Shown here: positions 24,000 to 35,672 of the stretch, piece after piece | How positions within the stretch are numbered: the first letter of the stretch is position 1 | How the letters are laid out: every line of letters starts with the position of its first letter | Origin: Pseudogymnoascus verrucosus | Taxonomy: Eukaryota | DNA length: 40,208 nucleotides | Direction: 5' to 3' (one strand) | Assembly: GCA_001662655.1 (NCBI GenBank) | Contig: KV460285.1 | The notes under the pieces: model-generated | Seen by the model: only the letters and a program-made list of their open reading frames with translations | The model's database searches: none | What the model was told of the DNA's origin: nothing | Translations under genes and position numbers: made by a program

Positions 24000-25522
24000 C
24001 TTCGACTTCACGCATTATCTCACTTCCTAAGCTTAGGCTTGGATCAGTATTCGAACCGGTTATGGACAGTCGATTCCTCCTAGACTTCTATTGGGTGTTG
24101 GGTTTATACTAAAAGGGGCGGAGGAAAGGTGATGCACGGTTTATTCGTTTACGCGGTATAACTAGCTAGAGTAAAAATGACACTTCTTTGCCCACCATAA
24201 CGCCGCATTGCAGTTACATTTTGTCTGAATGGTGTAGCCCACACAGTACAAGCATCCCCTTGAAATGTTTAACATTGTCTGCGACTCCTTCCAGTACTCT
24301 TCTTCCTGGTCGACGAGTCTTTTTGGGGCAATGGCCCACGCAAAGCTATCATTTAACACTTTAGAACCGCGTGCTCATAATACGGTCCAGCCTGGGTCTA
24401 TATAACGACCTATGCCACAGTAGCGAAAGAATGACCATTAACGGCGTACTCATAATCAGGTTCGAATCAATGAAGAATGCCCTATATCTTCGGGGGCCGT
24501 TCAAATGCAGCTTATTACAATATGGTTGTAGATGACTGTCGGAAACTTCGCTGTTTCTTTAGCCAGGGTACCAGTTGTTTGCATTTAACGTTTTGATCCT
24601 GCGAGAGGGCTGAAAGTTAATTTACGTGGTAAGACGCTAGGCTAATGTCGCATTATGTAACGATATTTTAGGTGCTTTTCTGTATGCTGCCTACTAATCT
24701 ACATGAAGAAGCTAATGTTTCACTGCAAATATATCGAGGCTAGAGATCACCCGCTTAAAGTCATTGCTAAAACTCGAAGATGCTTACGGGCTCCGTGGTA
24801 CACCACATTGGACGCGATTGTTCCGTTTAGGAACGCGGGCCGCCTCTATTCATCCTTTTTCTTGACCAAGATAAACCGATGTCCAATCCGGCATTGATTG
24901 CCAGGTGGCGCAAAACGCCCGCAGATCATTTGCCGAAAGGCGCTTGTTCCTGGCTGCGGAATGTTCCTTGCCGTAGTTTCTGTCATAACCCATGAAACCA
25001 TGCGGAGTTACCCCGCATATTGAATACGGTCCCTGTTTCCCTCGTCGTAACTAAAACTCTCCTGGCTCGTTATTCCAGGACATTGGCGGCAGCGGCCGCT
25101 TGGGACCGGTTACAAACTACCAGATTGGAGCGATGGCACTGGAGGCTTGATATTTGACCGCCGCTTGCCAGGGTAGGCAAATGTTTAATATACAGGGTCC
25201 CATCTGACTGGCTCGTGGGCGACTCTAAGTACGTTCGACTAGATCAGCTTCATATATTTCACTATATCTCACATCGCACTTCTAGAGACTTGACCTCATT
25301 CCCACGACGGACGCCGATCCTCCGGCGTCCGGTAGACACTGAGTGGGGGATGTAAATCGCCGATTATGTTCTCTGGAGTAATATAATGATAGCATCGTAG
25401 GTATTCTCAAAGAATCTCGTCGCTGGCACTTTACTTCTACAGTCCTAAAGCGACCTCAAACGATCAAAAGATTGTCGTTCTTACCATTCTCTTCAGCGAG
25501 CAGTTTCCATTAAAGTCTCGCC

Positions 25523-26773
25523 ATGAAGCTCTCAGCGGCAACCGCTGCAGCTATCCTTGCTGGCCTGTCAGTGGCAGTGCCAGCTGACTACGGCGTTTTC
25601 CCGAAAAACTCCAATGCCCTCGTTTCCCGAGCAGCTAGTAACTCCAAGGTCGATGGGTTGCTCTTCAACATCGATGGCGAAACCAAGTACTTCGCCGGCA
25701 CAAACTCCTACTGGATTGGCTTTCTCACCAACGATGCTGATATTGACCTCGTGATGGGTCACCTGCAAACTTCAGGCATCAAAATCCTCCGCGTCTGGGG
25801 TTTCAATGATGTCACGGCCGGCACCAACGAAGTATGGTTCCAATCCTTTGCCGGATCTGAGCCCGTAATCAACACTGGCGAGAACGGCCTGCAACGCTTG
25901 GATTACGTGGTCAAGAGCGCTGAGACACACGGTATCAAGCTCATCATCAACTTCGTCAATAACTGGACCGACTACGGTGGAATGGCAGCGTATAACAAAC
26001 ACTACGGCATCACCAAGCCAGCAGATTGGTACACGAATGTTGACGTACAGACGCAATACAAGAAGTACATTGAGGCTGTTGTCAGCCGCTACAAGACTTC
26101 CACTGCTGTCTTTGCTTGGGAGCTGGCGAACGAGCCGCGCTGCAATGGCTGTGATACTAGCGTTATTTACGACTGGGCGACAACTACCAGTGCCTATGTG
26201 AAGAGCTTGGACAGCGAGCACATGGTCACACTTGGCGATGAAGGTTTCATGAACGGCGGCGGGGATTCAAGCTACCCATACACAACTGGTGAGGGCATCG
26301 ACTTTGCCCAGAATCTGGACATCAAGGACCTTGACTTCGGGACGTTCCATCTATACCCTGATAGCTGGGGTGTTTCCACCGACTGGGGATCCTCGTGGGT
26401 CACCGACCACGCCGCTGCGTGCGCTGCTGCCAACAAGCCGTGCCTGTTTGAGGAATATGGTAAGCTCATCCATCCCCTCATCTACTAGACATAATCGAGC
26501 CCCGCTAACTACATTCTAGGCTACCCAAACAACCACATTGCCATTGAGAGCCCTTGGCAATCCGCAGCTCTAAACTCCGTAGGTGTGGCCGCCGACGCCT
26601 TCTGGCAGCTCGGTGATACCATCTCCACTGGCAAGACTCACGATGACACAAACACCATTTACTACGGCAGCGATGAGTGGACCGCACTGGTCACCAACCA
26701 TATTGCGGACATTGACGCCAAGTACGGCGGCAGCAGCAACGGGACTGCGCCGAGCAACGGGATCACCGCCTAG
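25523..26773 (+). CDS. Secreted endo-1,4-beta-mannanase, GH5 (subfamily 7-like), ~396 aa, no CBM1; join(25523..26459,26520..26773)
   Basis: Signal peptide; [26 protein letters not shown], acid/base [16 protein letters not shown], nucleophile LFEEYG, FWQLGD. Intron 26460-26519 (gtaagc..gctaac..tag). Confidence 0.95.
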
Positions 26774-27052
26774 CCGTCTACCTCGGCGCTTACGCTGCCG
26801 GTATAGGGGCAGTTGGATAAGGATGTAAATATGTTTGGATGGTTCATGTATATATTTTTACAACGGTATTTTTTTTGGACATGGGGAGAGCTCTGTAGTA
26901 TATATTGCAATACTATATCTGAAATATCATATTTGATGATTGAGGGATGTCTATAGATTCAATGTTCCTATTTATGACCTCACAAATGTAAGAAATACAC
27001 CAAAAATACTCCTACCACCCCATCGCAAATCCCATCACAGCTCCCCCGAACC

Positions 27053-27824
27053 TCACGCCATACCCCCATTAACCCTCAACATCTGCCCACTAACCCACGC
27101 CGCACCCTCCCCGCTCAAAAACCCCACCACTCTCGCCACCTCCTCCGGCTCCCCAATCCTCCCGGCCGGATTCAACCCCCTAATCCGCTCCAACACTGCC
27201 TCGCTCTTCCCCTTAAGAAACAGTTCCGTCCCCGTCGGTCCCGGCGCTATCCCATTCACCATAATACCCTTCCTTGCCAGATCTTTAGACAGCACACGCA
27301 CCATCTGCTCCACGGCCCCCTTCGACGCCAAGTACGGCAGGTACGCCGGATCCACTACCGACGCATGCGCGAGCGTTGAGGAAACAAGCACTATCCGCCC
27401 CCCGGCGCTCATATGCGGCGCCGCAGCCTGAACAAGAAAGAGAGGGCCCTTGGTATTAAGGCGCATAGTGGCATCGTAGACTTCCTCAGTCAGGTGCGCG
27501 AGATCAGCCATGGGGAGCACACCCGCGTTGGCGATAACGATGTCGATTTTCCCGTAGGCGGCGACGGTGTGGGAGACGAGGGCGTGGATGTCGGGGATTG
27601 AGCCGGCGTCACCGCGGAGGGCGAGGGCGCGGGGGGGGAGTTGAGACAGGGACGGAGGAGGTGAGAGTCGAGACGAGGGAGTCTGCGGTGGTGGCGTCGG
27701 AGGAGTAGTTTAGGACGACGTTGGCGCCGAGGGAGACGAGGTGCGTGGCGATAGCGGCGCCGATGCCTTTGGTGCCGCCGGTGATGATGGCTGTCTTGCC
27801 AGATAGAGGGGTTGGAGAAGTCAT
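27053..27824 (-). CDS. Classical short-chain dehydrogenase/reductase (3-oxoacyl-ACP reductase-like), ~256 aa if repaired; carries an apparent 1-nt frameshift at 27631-27638
   Basis: TGGTKGIG Rossmann motif in ORF 27609-27824; IANAGV, YLASK (YxxxK), APGPTGT and GQMLRVNGG in the downstream frame. Removing one base from the C8 run gives the continuous sequence STPPRALALRGDAGSIPDIHALV...GKIDIVIANAGV. Confidence 0.85.
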
Positions 27825-28076
27825 TATCGGAGTATTTGAGGGTTGTTTTGCGTTGTTAGGTTGCTTCTGTGATGGGGAGGATGGATCTTTAGAGTATTTG
27901 AATGCGGATGGAATATGAAATAGACTGCGGAAAGTAGGAGGAAAACAGATCTACTTATAACTCTCTCATCCCATCTCTAGACGTCCCCACTTCACTACTC
28001 ACCGTCGTGCGTCTTAGGAATCCTACAATATGTTGCTGTTATGGCTGTCTCTATCGCCAACTTCAACAAACGTCCA

Positions 28077-28130
28077 TGCGGCCGACGCGGCCGGCGAGAC
28101 CTTTGCGGCCGTGCGGCCGCGTCGGCCGCA
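28077..28130. repeat. Perfect 17-bp inverted repeat with 20-bp spacer, containing five CGGCCG hexamers
   Basis: tgcggccgacgcggccg (28077-28093) is the exact reverse complement of cggccgcgtcggccgca (28114-28130). Confidence 0.9.
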
Positions 28131-28506
28131 AACTAAAGCTTAGGTACGACACGATGTGGGGCGCTAGAACTTAATCCCCACAAGCGCCCGCCCGCCTTCT
28201 GATGTGAGAACGGCAAACGGATGGGATGAATTTCTCCTATCCTAAACGAAGACAGGCATCCGAACAAAGTGAAATCGTAGGCACGGTTATTAATTGAAAG
28301 TGGAAAAGTAGGTGGTGAATGAAATAAACTAATGTTAGGGAGAAACGAGTTGAGAGAAGCTCGAATACCAATAATACGGGGATAGGGCGAAGCAAGTTTT
28401 CCTAATTGAAGATGTAGTTTCATATTTATTTGGAAAAAGAGCTAAGGTTACTCTAATTCCAAAGATCAAAACCTATTAAAACCTTCTCAACTTTAACCAT
28501 GGCCAT

Positions 28507-30604
28507 TTACTTCCCACCCATCACCAGCACCTTCCTCGTACTCCCTGGACCTCGTCCAAGAGCCTCCCTGACACTGCCCACGCTCTCCTCCAGCCTCACT
28601 GCCACGGGGATCCCAGTCTGTTCTAGCCCCTGCCCACCACTTCCATTACTTCCCCGATCCCAAACAACCACCCCCCCAACCGCACCGACATCCCTCTTAT
28701 AAACCTCCACTGGTTCTCCTTTCCCCAAAGCCTCCAGCACAAACACCTGCTTCGTCTCCCCAGTCCCCGAACTGGCCCCACTCTTCGAAACATACGTTGC
28801 TTTCCCCTCCTGCGTCGTCCTTACGCGCCCGCTTGCCCCAGTCTCAGCACTAGAATCGAACACGCTACCTCTGCCCTTGCGGTACTCGACCTCACAAACA
28901 GATGTGGCGTTGATGGTGAGGTCACCCACATGCTCGGGGTCAACGCGGTACTCGCTATCTACCACGAGTGAGTACTTCGCGCTCGGGCCATGGTTGTACT
29001 GGTCCGGGATGAGGGAGTCTATAGCAGTGCGAGAGAGGTTCGTGAATTGCGCGACACCGTAGGCGGAGAGGTCATTGACGTTACTATAAGTAAGCTGCTG
29101 AGACCATGAGGCGACGCGAGCCCCCGCCGCGGTGGTGATAGTTGATCGGATATCAAGCTCGCGGTGCACCGACAGCTGGGTGGAGAGCGTGACATTTGCC
29201 CCCGCCGAATCCTGCGATGTACCCAACTTCGAACCCATCCCCAACCCATCCTTTGCAATAGTGATAGGCGACCCCGTCGTGACCTTCCCCGTCCCATCAA
29301 GCCACAAAAACACCTTTCCCGTCACAAGCCAACTACTACCCACCTCCTGCACAATAGCCTTCCCAGAGAGTCCCACAACTTTGATTTCAAAATCGTGCGG
29401 CGCGCCATCACTCAGCAGCCCCAACCATGGCGAGATATCGACCTCATACTCGCGCAGATCAAAGGCCTCAATACCCACGATCGGCCGCCAGAGCCCTGGC
29501 ACCACGCCCCCTGTAAAAATCACGGGGAACGGCCACTGCACGCCCGCCAGCCGCCCATCGATTAGAATCTGGACTTCGCGCCAGGGCGAGAACCCTGGCA
29601 GCTCGCCGGTCGTGTTGGTAAATGTCGATGTCGCGGCGGAGGGTACGTTGCTCCACCAGAACTCCTCAGCTGCTTGGCCGCAGGCGGAGAGAGAGACGGT
29701 GGCGCGGTTAGCGTTGCGTGGAAGAACAAGCGTGGTTACGGCGCGTTGCCCAGGGAGAGTAAAAACGCTAGGGGAGTTGGAGGCGGAGCGACGGGCGGAG
29801 AGGGGGAGGATAAGGCCGGCTGGTGGTGCTGCGGCGGAGATGGTTGAGAAGGTGAGCGTCAGTGTCGTGTTGAAAGCGCCAGTGTACTTGTCATCGATTA
29901 GGTTCCCAAGATCGAAGATCACTTTTTGGGGCTGCTTCCACATGGACAGGTAGGGCGTCATGTCCTTGATATATGTCCATCGGATCCCAGCTTCTGTCGG
30001 CTCAGCAGTGGACGTCCGCCACACCTCGGTGTCGCCGAGATACATCAGCGCCAGCCTGTCAAACTGTCGCCCTCGAGATGTAACGGTGAAGTTCATAACC
30101 ACGCGGTTGAACTTGCACGATGGCGGGTTATAATTCCCTATTCACCAGTCAACACGGCTTAAATATCGAACTCATAGACCAATGTTACGTACCCACGAAC
30201 GGCTTGCCGTAGCTAAACCCAAACGAATGCTCCATGAGCAGCACTCTGCATTTATCGGCGTCAACAGCAACAGGCGCGTTGACCTGAAAGACCTCCAAAA
30301 CCCCCTCCGCAAGTGCGGGCAACACCACTAGCTGATCGGACTCCCCCCGTCGCACGAGGCGACCGAGATGCGCGTCATGGAAGGTAACGTACAGCAATAC
30401 GAAGAGAAGGCAAGCTGACGAGACGATGCGCGGGTATGATGACCAAGGAGAGCGTCTCTTTTGTTCACATGCGAGGAAATCACCGACTTTGGAGGGATGT
30501 AGTGATACTCCCCTCTCGGGAGAGAACGCGTCGAGAACGAGAGGTACGTCGCCTTCTACAGCCATATTTGCCCAGTAACCTACCGATTCTTTGGATACAG
30601 ACAT
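28507..30604 (-). CDS. Peptide-N4-(N-acetyl-beta-glucosaminyl)asparagine amidase A (PNGase A family), ~680 aa; complement(join(28507..30137,30193..30604))
   Basis: LMEHSFGFSYGKPFVG|NYNPP, GRQFDRL, EVWRTSTAEP, EEFWWSNVP, WPFPVIFTGG, LWRPIVGIEAFDL. Intron 30138-30192 (gtacgt..ttgac..tag). N-terminal hydrophobic anchor IVSSACLLFVLLYVTF. Start uncertain (ATG 30604 or 30565). Confidence 0.92.
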
Positions 30605-31088
30605 CAAGGAGACAACTCCCCGGAGCTTGAAGAGCTGCGGGCGCAGTGATGTCTTAGTTTACTTTGGTGACGCGAGGGGGATCTGCAAGGCACACATAAG
30701 ACCTTCCTTTAACAGATGTGATGTATTGATAACACGATAAGCGAACCGCTGATACCTTGGTGGGTTTACCACGGCGAAAAGTATTGTACTGTGAAGCAAC
30801 ACAAACAAACACCAACACATAAATTTAACAATACTGTTATCGTCCATGCGGGAATTCCAAAAAAGGAGAAACAGCACCCATAACCAAAAAAACCCTTCCT
30901 TGCAATCCCGAGAACCAAAAAACTCCCAAATCAATAAACTTGCGGTTGTCGTACCATACACCCACCACCAGGTTCGCACCAGATTCCTCTAGCAGCGATA
31001 GTATCATCGAGCAAAATTCTTCTGTTGCAAGTCATTTCCAATAATGGCGGGGAATACACCCTTCGCTCTAGTGTTTTGTCTTAAACCC

Positions 31089-33493
31089 CTAGGTTTGTCT
31101 CCTAGGGCTGTATTCGTTAGCAACATATTGCTTTCGAGCTTTTTGCCATAGGAAACGTACCCAATACCAAGTCCGCCGTTGTTATCATCTCCATTAGAGG
31201 CTTGCATACTGAAAACAGATACATTGAGCACCTGTCCACTTGGGGCTGGCATCCTTGGGGGTGCTGTTTCATTGGGAGCTTGTACATTAGGAGCTTGTGC
31301 ATCGGGAGCTTGTGTATCGGGAGCTTGTGCATCGGGAGCTTGTACATCGGGAGCTTGTGCATCGGGAGCTTGTACATCGGGAGCTTGTCCGTTGGGAGCT
31401 TGTACATTGAGAGATTGTCCGTTGGGAGCCTGTACATTGAAAACATGGTCTGGGAAACCACTTCCAGCAATAGAAATATATGCATTGGCAACATTGACAA
31501 AATTCCCGCCATTCGAGGTCCTTAGAGGATTCTGCATCGGTGGGTCGTATACCGGCATAATGCGATCCCCAACCGGAGCGCCGTACGCAGGCATGTGGCC
31601 ATTTTGCATCGGCGCGTTATTACCAGGCATTGCGCCATTCTGCATCGGATGACCGTATGGTGGCATTGGAGCATTAGGCATTGGAGGGTATGCCGGCACT
31701 TGGCCATTTTGAATAGGATGGCCATACTGTGGCACTGGACCATTCTGAATTGGTAAAATGTACGGAGGCATCGGGCTATTCAGCATTGGATAGATATTCA
31801 GAGGCATCGGGCCATTCGGCATTAGATAGCTATTCAGAGGCACTGCGCTATTTTTCATCGGTGTGGCGTACGGCGGCATATGATCATTGCGCATGAGAGG
31901 GATCTTCTTACTGGTCGCAGGCACTGGGCCACTCTGCATCGATGCGACAAACGGCGGCACCAAGCCTGCGTGCGTCTGATAGCCGTGTGTTGGCGGGGTG
32001 TTCTGCGGCATTGGCATTGGACCATTTTGCACTGCAGCACTGCTCTGAGGCAATGGACCATTCTGCATCGGCGGGCCATACGTCTGAATTGAGCCATTCT
32101 GCATCGCTGGACCATTGTGAGTCGTAGACCCGTACATAGATCCACTGTTAGTTGCAGCGCCACACAGCGGCGGTAGATGGTACGGTGCCAGTGGAGCGTT
32201 ATCCGCAGAAAAGCCGATCACGCCATCCATTATAGCCAAAGGTACGCCATTCTGGCAGAGGACACCGTTGCGAACTTCAAGGCCATCCAACGAAGCTTTA
32301 ACACCAGATGTGTTATTACTAGCAACCAAGAAACCAAGGTATCGACCTCTGGTGCGGTACCCCTTGGGATTGTTTGAGTTTTCACAAGGACAACTCTTCG
32401 AGCGGGACATATATCTCTCACGATAAGCGCTGCGCTTCGCGGCAACGCCGCTGGTCGAATTCTTCCCATTCGCCGCGCGATCTGTCACAGCTGATTTGCT
32501 CCTCGTTCCATAGCCGCCAGATGTAGGTGCTGGAGGGTCTTCAGGGGCAGGCGGCGGCCCCTTCGGTGTATCAGAGACAGTGGAGTCAGATGAACCACTG
32601 TTCTCACGTGATTTTGACGAAGTTTTTGAAGTGGTGTCGCTGTCCGTAGAGGAGACACCCTCGATATCAGCATTCGATGGCCTTGATGACGGTTCCCCAG
32701 TAGGAATGGAAGGAGTGGCCTTAGCCTCAGTGGCCCATTTTCGGCTAACTGGGTTGCTCTTTCCCATTTTGTGATGATGGGCTTGCTTTCCATCCAGGGG
32801 AGATAACTCCGGGGCACCAAGATGAACTTGCAGGTTGGCCTTGGTAGGGGTGGCTGCAATCTGAGATTTGGGATAAACACTGGGACTGTGAAGGACCTTT
32901 GGCTTGGAAACTCGCTTTTTTGCTTTATCTGGCGTAACAGTGAAGTAGCCACGCTGTGGATAACCGTATACCATGGGGCCTCTGATATTTGCACCGTTCT
33001 GAACTGGCCGGTTCATAACTGTGTTCTCGAGAGTCGCGAATGCCCTGAAGTCCTCTTGCATTGTCCCTATATGCTTGTTGGATGTGGCGAAGCCATTTGA
33101 GTTATTCGGTGCAGCTGAGGGGCCGGCGGTCGAGCTGCTGTGTCCACTGGTGTTGTTCAAATTCTCCACCGACTTTGAAACGGATTCTTTAGATTCACGA
33201 TATTCGCGAAGGAAGTCGTCAATATCGCTGTTATCCGCTGGGAAGGTGGGCTTGTTGCTGGGGTCTCTTTCAAACATGCTGTCCTCAGCCCAATCATCGA
33301 TACAAGGGCAGTTGTCTGCATCTCTCCTCAAGGCGTGGACAACGTCCAAATCTTCAGCGCTGATAGGCTCTGGTAACTTGGGAGCCAAGCGTCGAGGGTT
33401 GCCGATTGGGCTGCTGGTAAAGAGAGGTCGCTTGTAGTCCTGCTTCTTGACAAACGCTGTGTCAGGACATTCGTATTCGTCGGTGAAAACCAT
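31089..33493 (-). CDS. Orphan low-complexity repeat protein, ~780 aa; preferred model complement(join(31089..31107,31161..33493)); the unspliced ORF runs 31004..33652
   Basis: 2.6-kb open frame with an S/T-rich middle and P/M/Q/N/G-rich repeats. A canonical intron lies at 31108-31160 (gtacgt..gctaac..cag). The first ~40 codons of the ORF are T-rich, end in ctacag and look intronic; an alternative 14-nt first exon (33676..33689) would fit the frame. No family recognised. Confidence 0.7.
31272..31439 (-). repeat. Coding 15-bp minisatellite, ~11 copies encoding QAP[D/N][A/V/G/T]
   Basis: Tandem (atcgggagcttgt[a/g]c)n on the plus strand; translation NVQAPNGQSLNVQAPNGQAPDVQAPDAQAPDVQAPDAQAPDTQAPDAQAPNVQAPN. 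Confidence 0.93.
31525..32115 (-). repeat. Degenerate ~36-bp coding repeat, ~15 units of consensus PMQNGPMPPYG[H/x]
   Basis: ccattctgcatcgg-like units recur on the plus strand; the translation repeats PMQNG/PIQNG/PMPNA with mostly 12-aa spacing. Ends approximate. Confidence 0.75.
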
Positions 33494-35672
33494 GACTGGC
33501 CAAGAGACAGGATCTAACCCCCTCCCTCTGTAGAAATACTTGAAAAACGACTGGAGAAGATAAAAGTGATAATGTTGTGTAACACTTTTTCTCAAAATTG
33601 ATATTTTTGTATGGCAAGAAAGGAAGAGAGAACAAGTGCCATACAATAACATACATGGGAAAGAGATGGGCCTACCCCCGCCAGATCATCTCTCACCCTC
33701 GAAGGACGTCAGTCTGGAGGAAATAGAGCTGACACCTACAGTGGGTCGTACCTGCCGATTATTGCAGATAAACGTATAGTAATATGCTGGGCCTCTCGCG
33801 GTTTATCCTTCTCCATCACTTCCGTCCTGTCCTGTTCCCATGGTTCCTGACAGGGTCCAGTCAGGACAGGCACGTTTGCGAATGGCATGGTCTTGCGTTT
33901 TTATCGTGTGATTCTATATACTAAAAGGTTATTTATTTTTTGTAGCCCTAGAATGGGAGCTTCATGCTCATCCAAACAGCATGTAGTTTTGTCCATATAG
34001 TAACCATGGCCATTTTTGGAAGCTGTTCGTTTGCTCAGCACAGCTGCCAGTGTTCGGAGTCCTCGATGGTCGAAGGCTCCTTCCTGCCAGGGGAACTTCA
34101 TGCCAGCAAAGCCGCAGCTGCTCTTCTCAAGACAGCACGCATGGTGGGAGTTATCCGTCATTCTACGCCACACAGTCACTATCGAGAGTTCGCTGGTCGA
34201 AGGTTACCGTACTTCCTAAACGCCGGGACGTGGTAGATCCATGGACATTTTATAAGGTCTTTCTAGCCCCGCAGTAGCCGTGACTCTGTGTACAGTGCAA
34301 GTTATCGGCATCATCGTATCGCTATCGCTGATCAGAGATCTCAACAGCCAAAAGCTTGATCTCTGGAGTGCGGGGAAAGGCTCTTTTATAGTCTATGAGA
34401 CCATATGCCCAGAGGGGTATAGTAGAGGCTATTCGCAACAGGTCAGCGGAGATTCTAATTTCTAAGCAAAGTTCAGTCTGAATGGGTGAGGCTTATGTCA
34501 TGACGGAGCCATGGTTTGGTTGTGACTCAAGTCATAACTTGTGACTTGGAAGTCTGGAGGGAAGCCAGAATTGAAGTCAAGATGGTGGTCAGTCGGTCGA
34601 GACCCCAACGTTTGTAAGTGGATCTGTCTAGCTCTGTCACCAAGCGCAGTCGGCACAGACGGCACAGACGCTACCGAGACAAGCGCATATTCTAGGGAGC
34701 TATAGCGAATCAGAGCTCAGATTGCGACCATTACAGCAATTTAAGAGTAATGACGTAGATTCCTTGAGTGATTGGCGGGAAAGTGTCTGGTCTTTGGCGG
34801 GTGATGTTACAAATTGTATGATTATGTCAGCACGTTTGGCGGCAGTTGCTGTGCCAAAATGGCAGTTTCGACGGCTCTCAGCAAACGACAGCCAATCATT
34901 GCAAACTAACTTCCAACCACTGCCGGCCGGGGTGTCATCCCTCAAACACCCTGTGTGTCCTGCAGTCCGTGTCTTGTTTCAATGTTGCTGCAGATATGAA
35001 TAATGACAGAGTTATAGACGATTGAATATAAATAAATAATGGGATAAAGAGTTACACAGAATAGAATCCCAACAAACCATATATCCCCACTCAACACCCA
35101 TCCAACAATAAGTCCGCCCATCCGGATCAAACTACCCATATCATACGAACAAATATCTCTCCATCTATTTGACACAACCCTCCGTCATCCCGAGCACTAA
35201 ACAATACCACACTATTCCCGCCCACACACACCTCTGGAACACCTCTCACAAGCCTATCCCGCCCTCCACCTGCCTGCTTTTCCAACAGCTATCCCTGCGT
35301 CATCCTGCCAGAACCCTCGCCGCTTCCCAACTTACAACCCACATCGTCACCCCCCCCCCACCTTACCTTATCATGACTCTCCCTCTCATCATCGACTGAA
35401 AAAACCAGCCCTTGGCCCTACCCAAGCACAAAAGCACAAATCCCTTAACCCTGCCGGTCCCCATGCTCCATCTATCTACAACTCAAAACCTTTGACCCTT
35501 GAAATAAAAACTTACGCATCTTCACCAAAAACGCCTGAGCTGATCCCCGGATCTTCCACCAAAAGAGCACAGCTTCATATCCCAGCGTGCCCGCCGCCGT
35601 CCAGACCCCTCGTCTCGACCCCATCAACCCTCAAACCACCACTTATTTGGATAATACCCCAACACCGCCATC

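Noticed and set aside
24440..24470. tRNA-Met-like fragments (CTCATAA and B-box GGTTCGAATC); another B-box-like 9-mer on the minus strand at 24049-24057
   Set aside because: Only 3 nt separate the putative anticodon loop from GGTTCGA, and no acceptor, D or anticodon stems form. Not a tRNA.
29132..29953. 273-aa plus-strand ORF, and similar antisense ORFs such as 9720-10292, 17501-18085 and 31179-31652
   Set aside because: Antisense shadows of real genes, produced by codon bias or repeats.
31272..31439. CRISPR-like appearance of the regular repeat
   Set aside because: Head-to-tail 15-mers without unique spacers, inside a eukaryotic ORF; no cas genes.
33826..33870. 9-bp inverted repeat cctgtcctg/caggacagg
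   Set aside because: Short, internally repetitive arms with a 27-nt spacer; compatible with chance.
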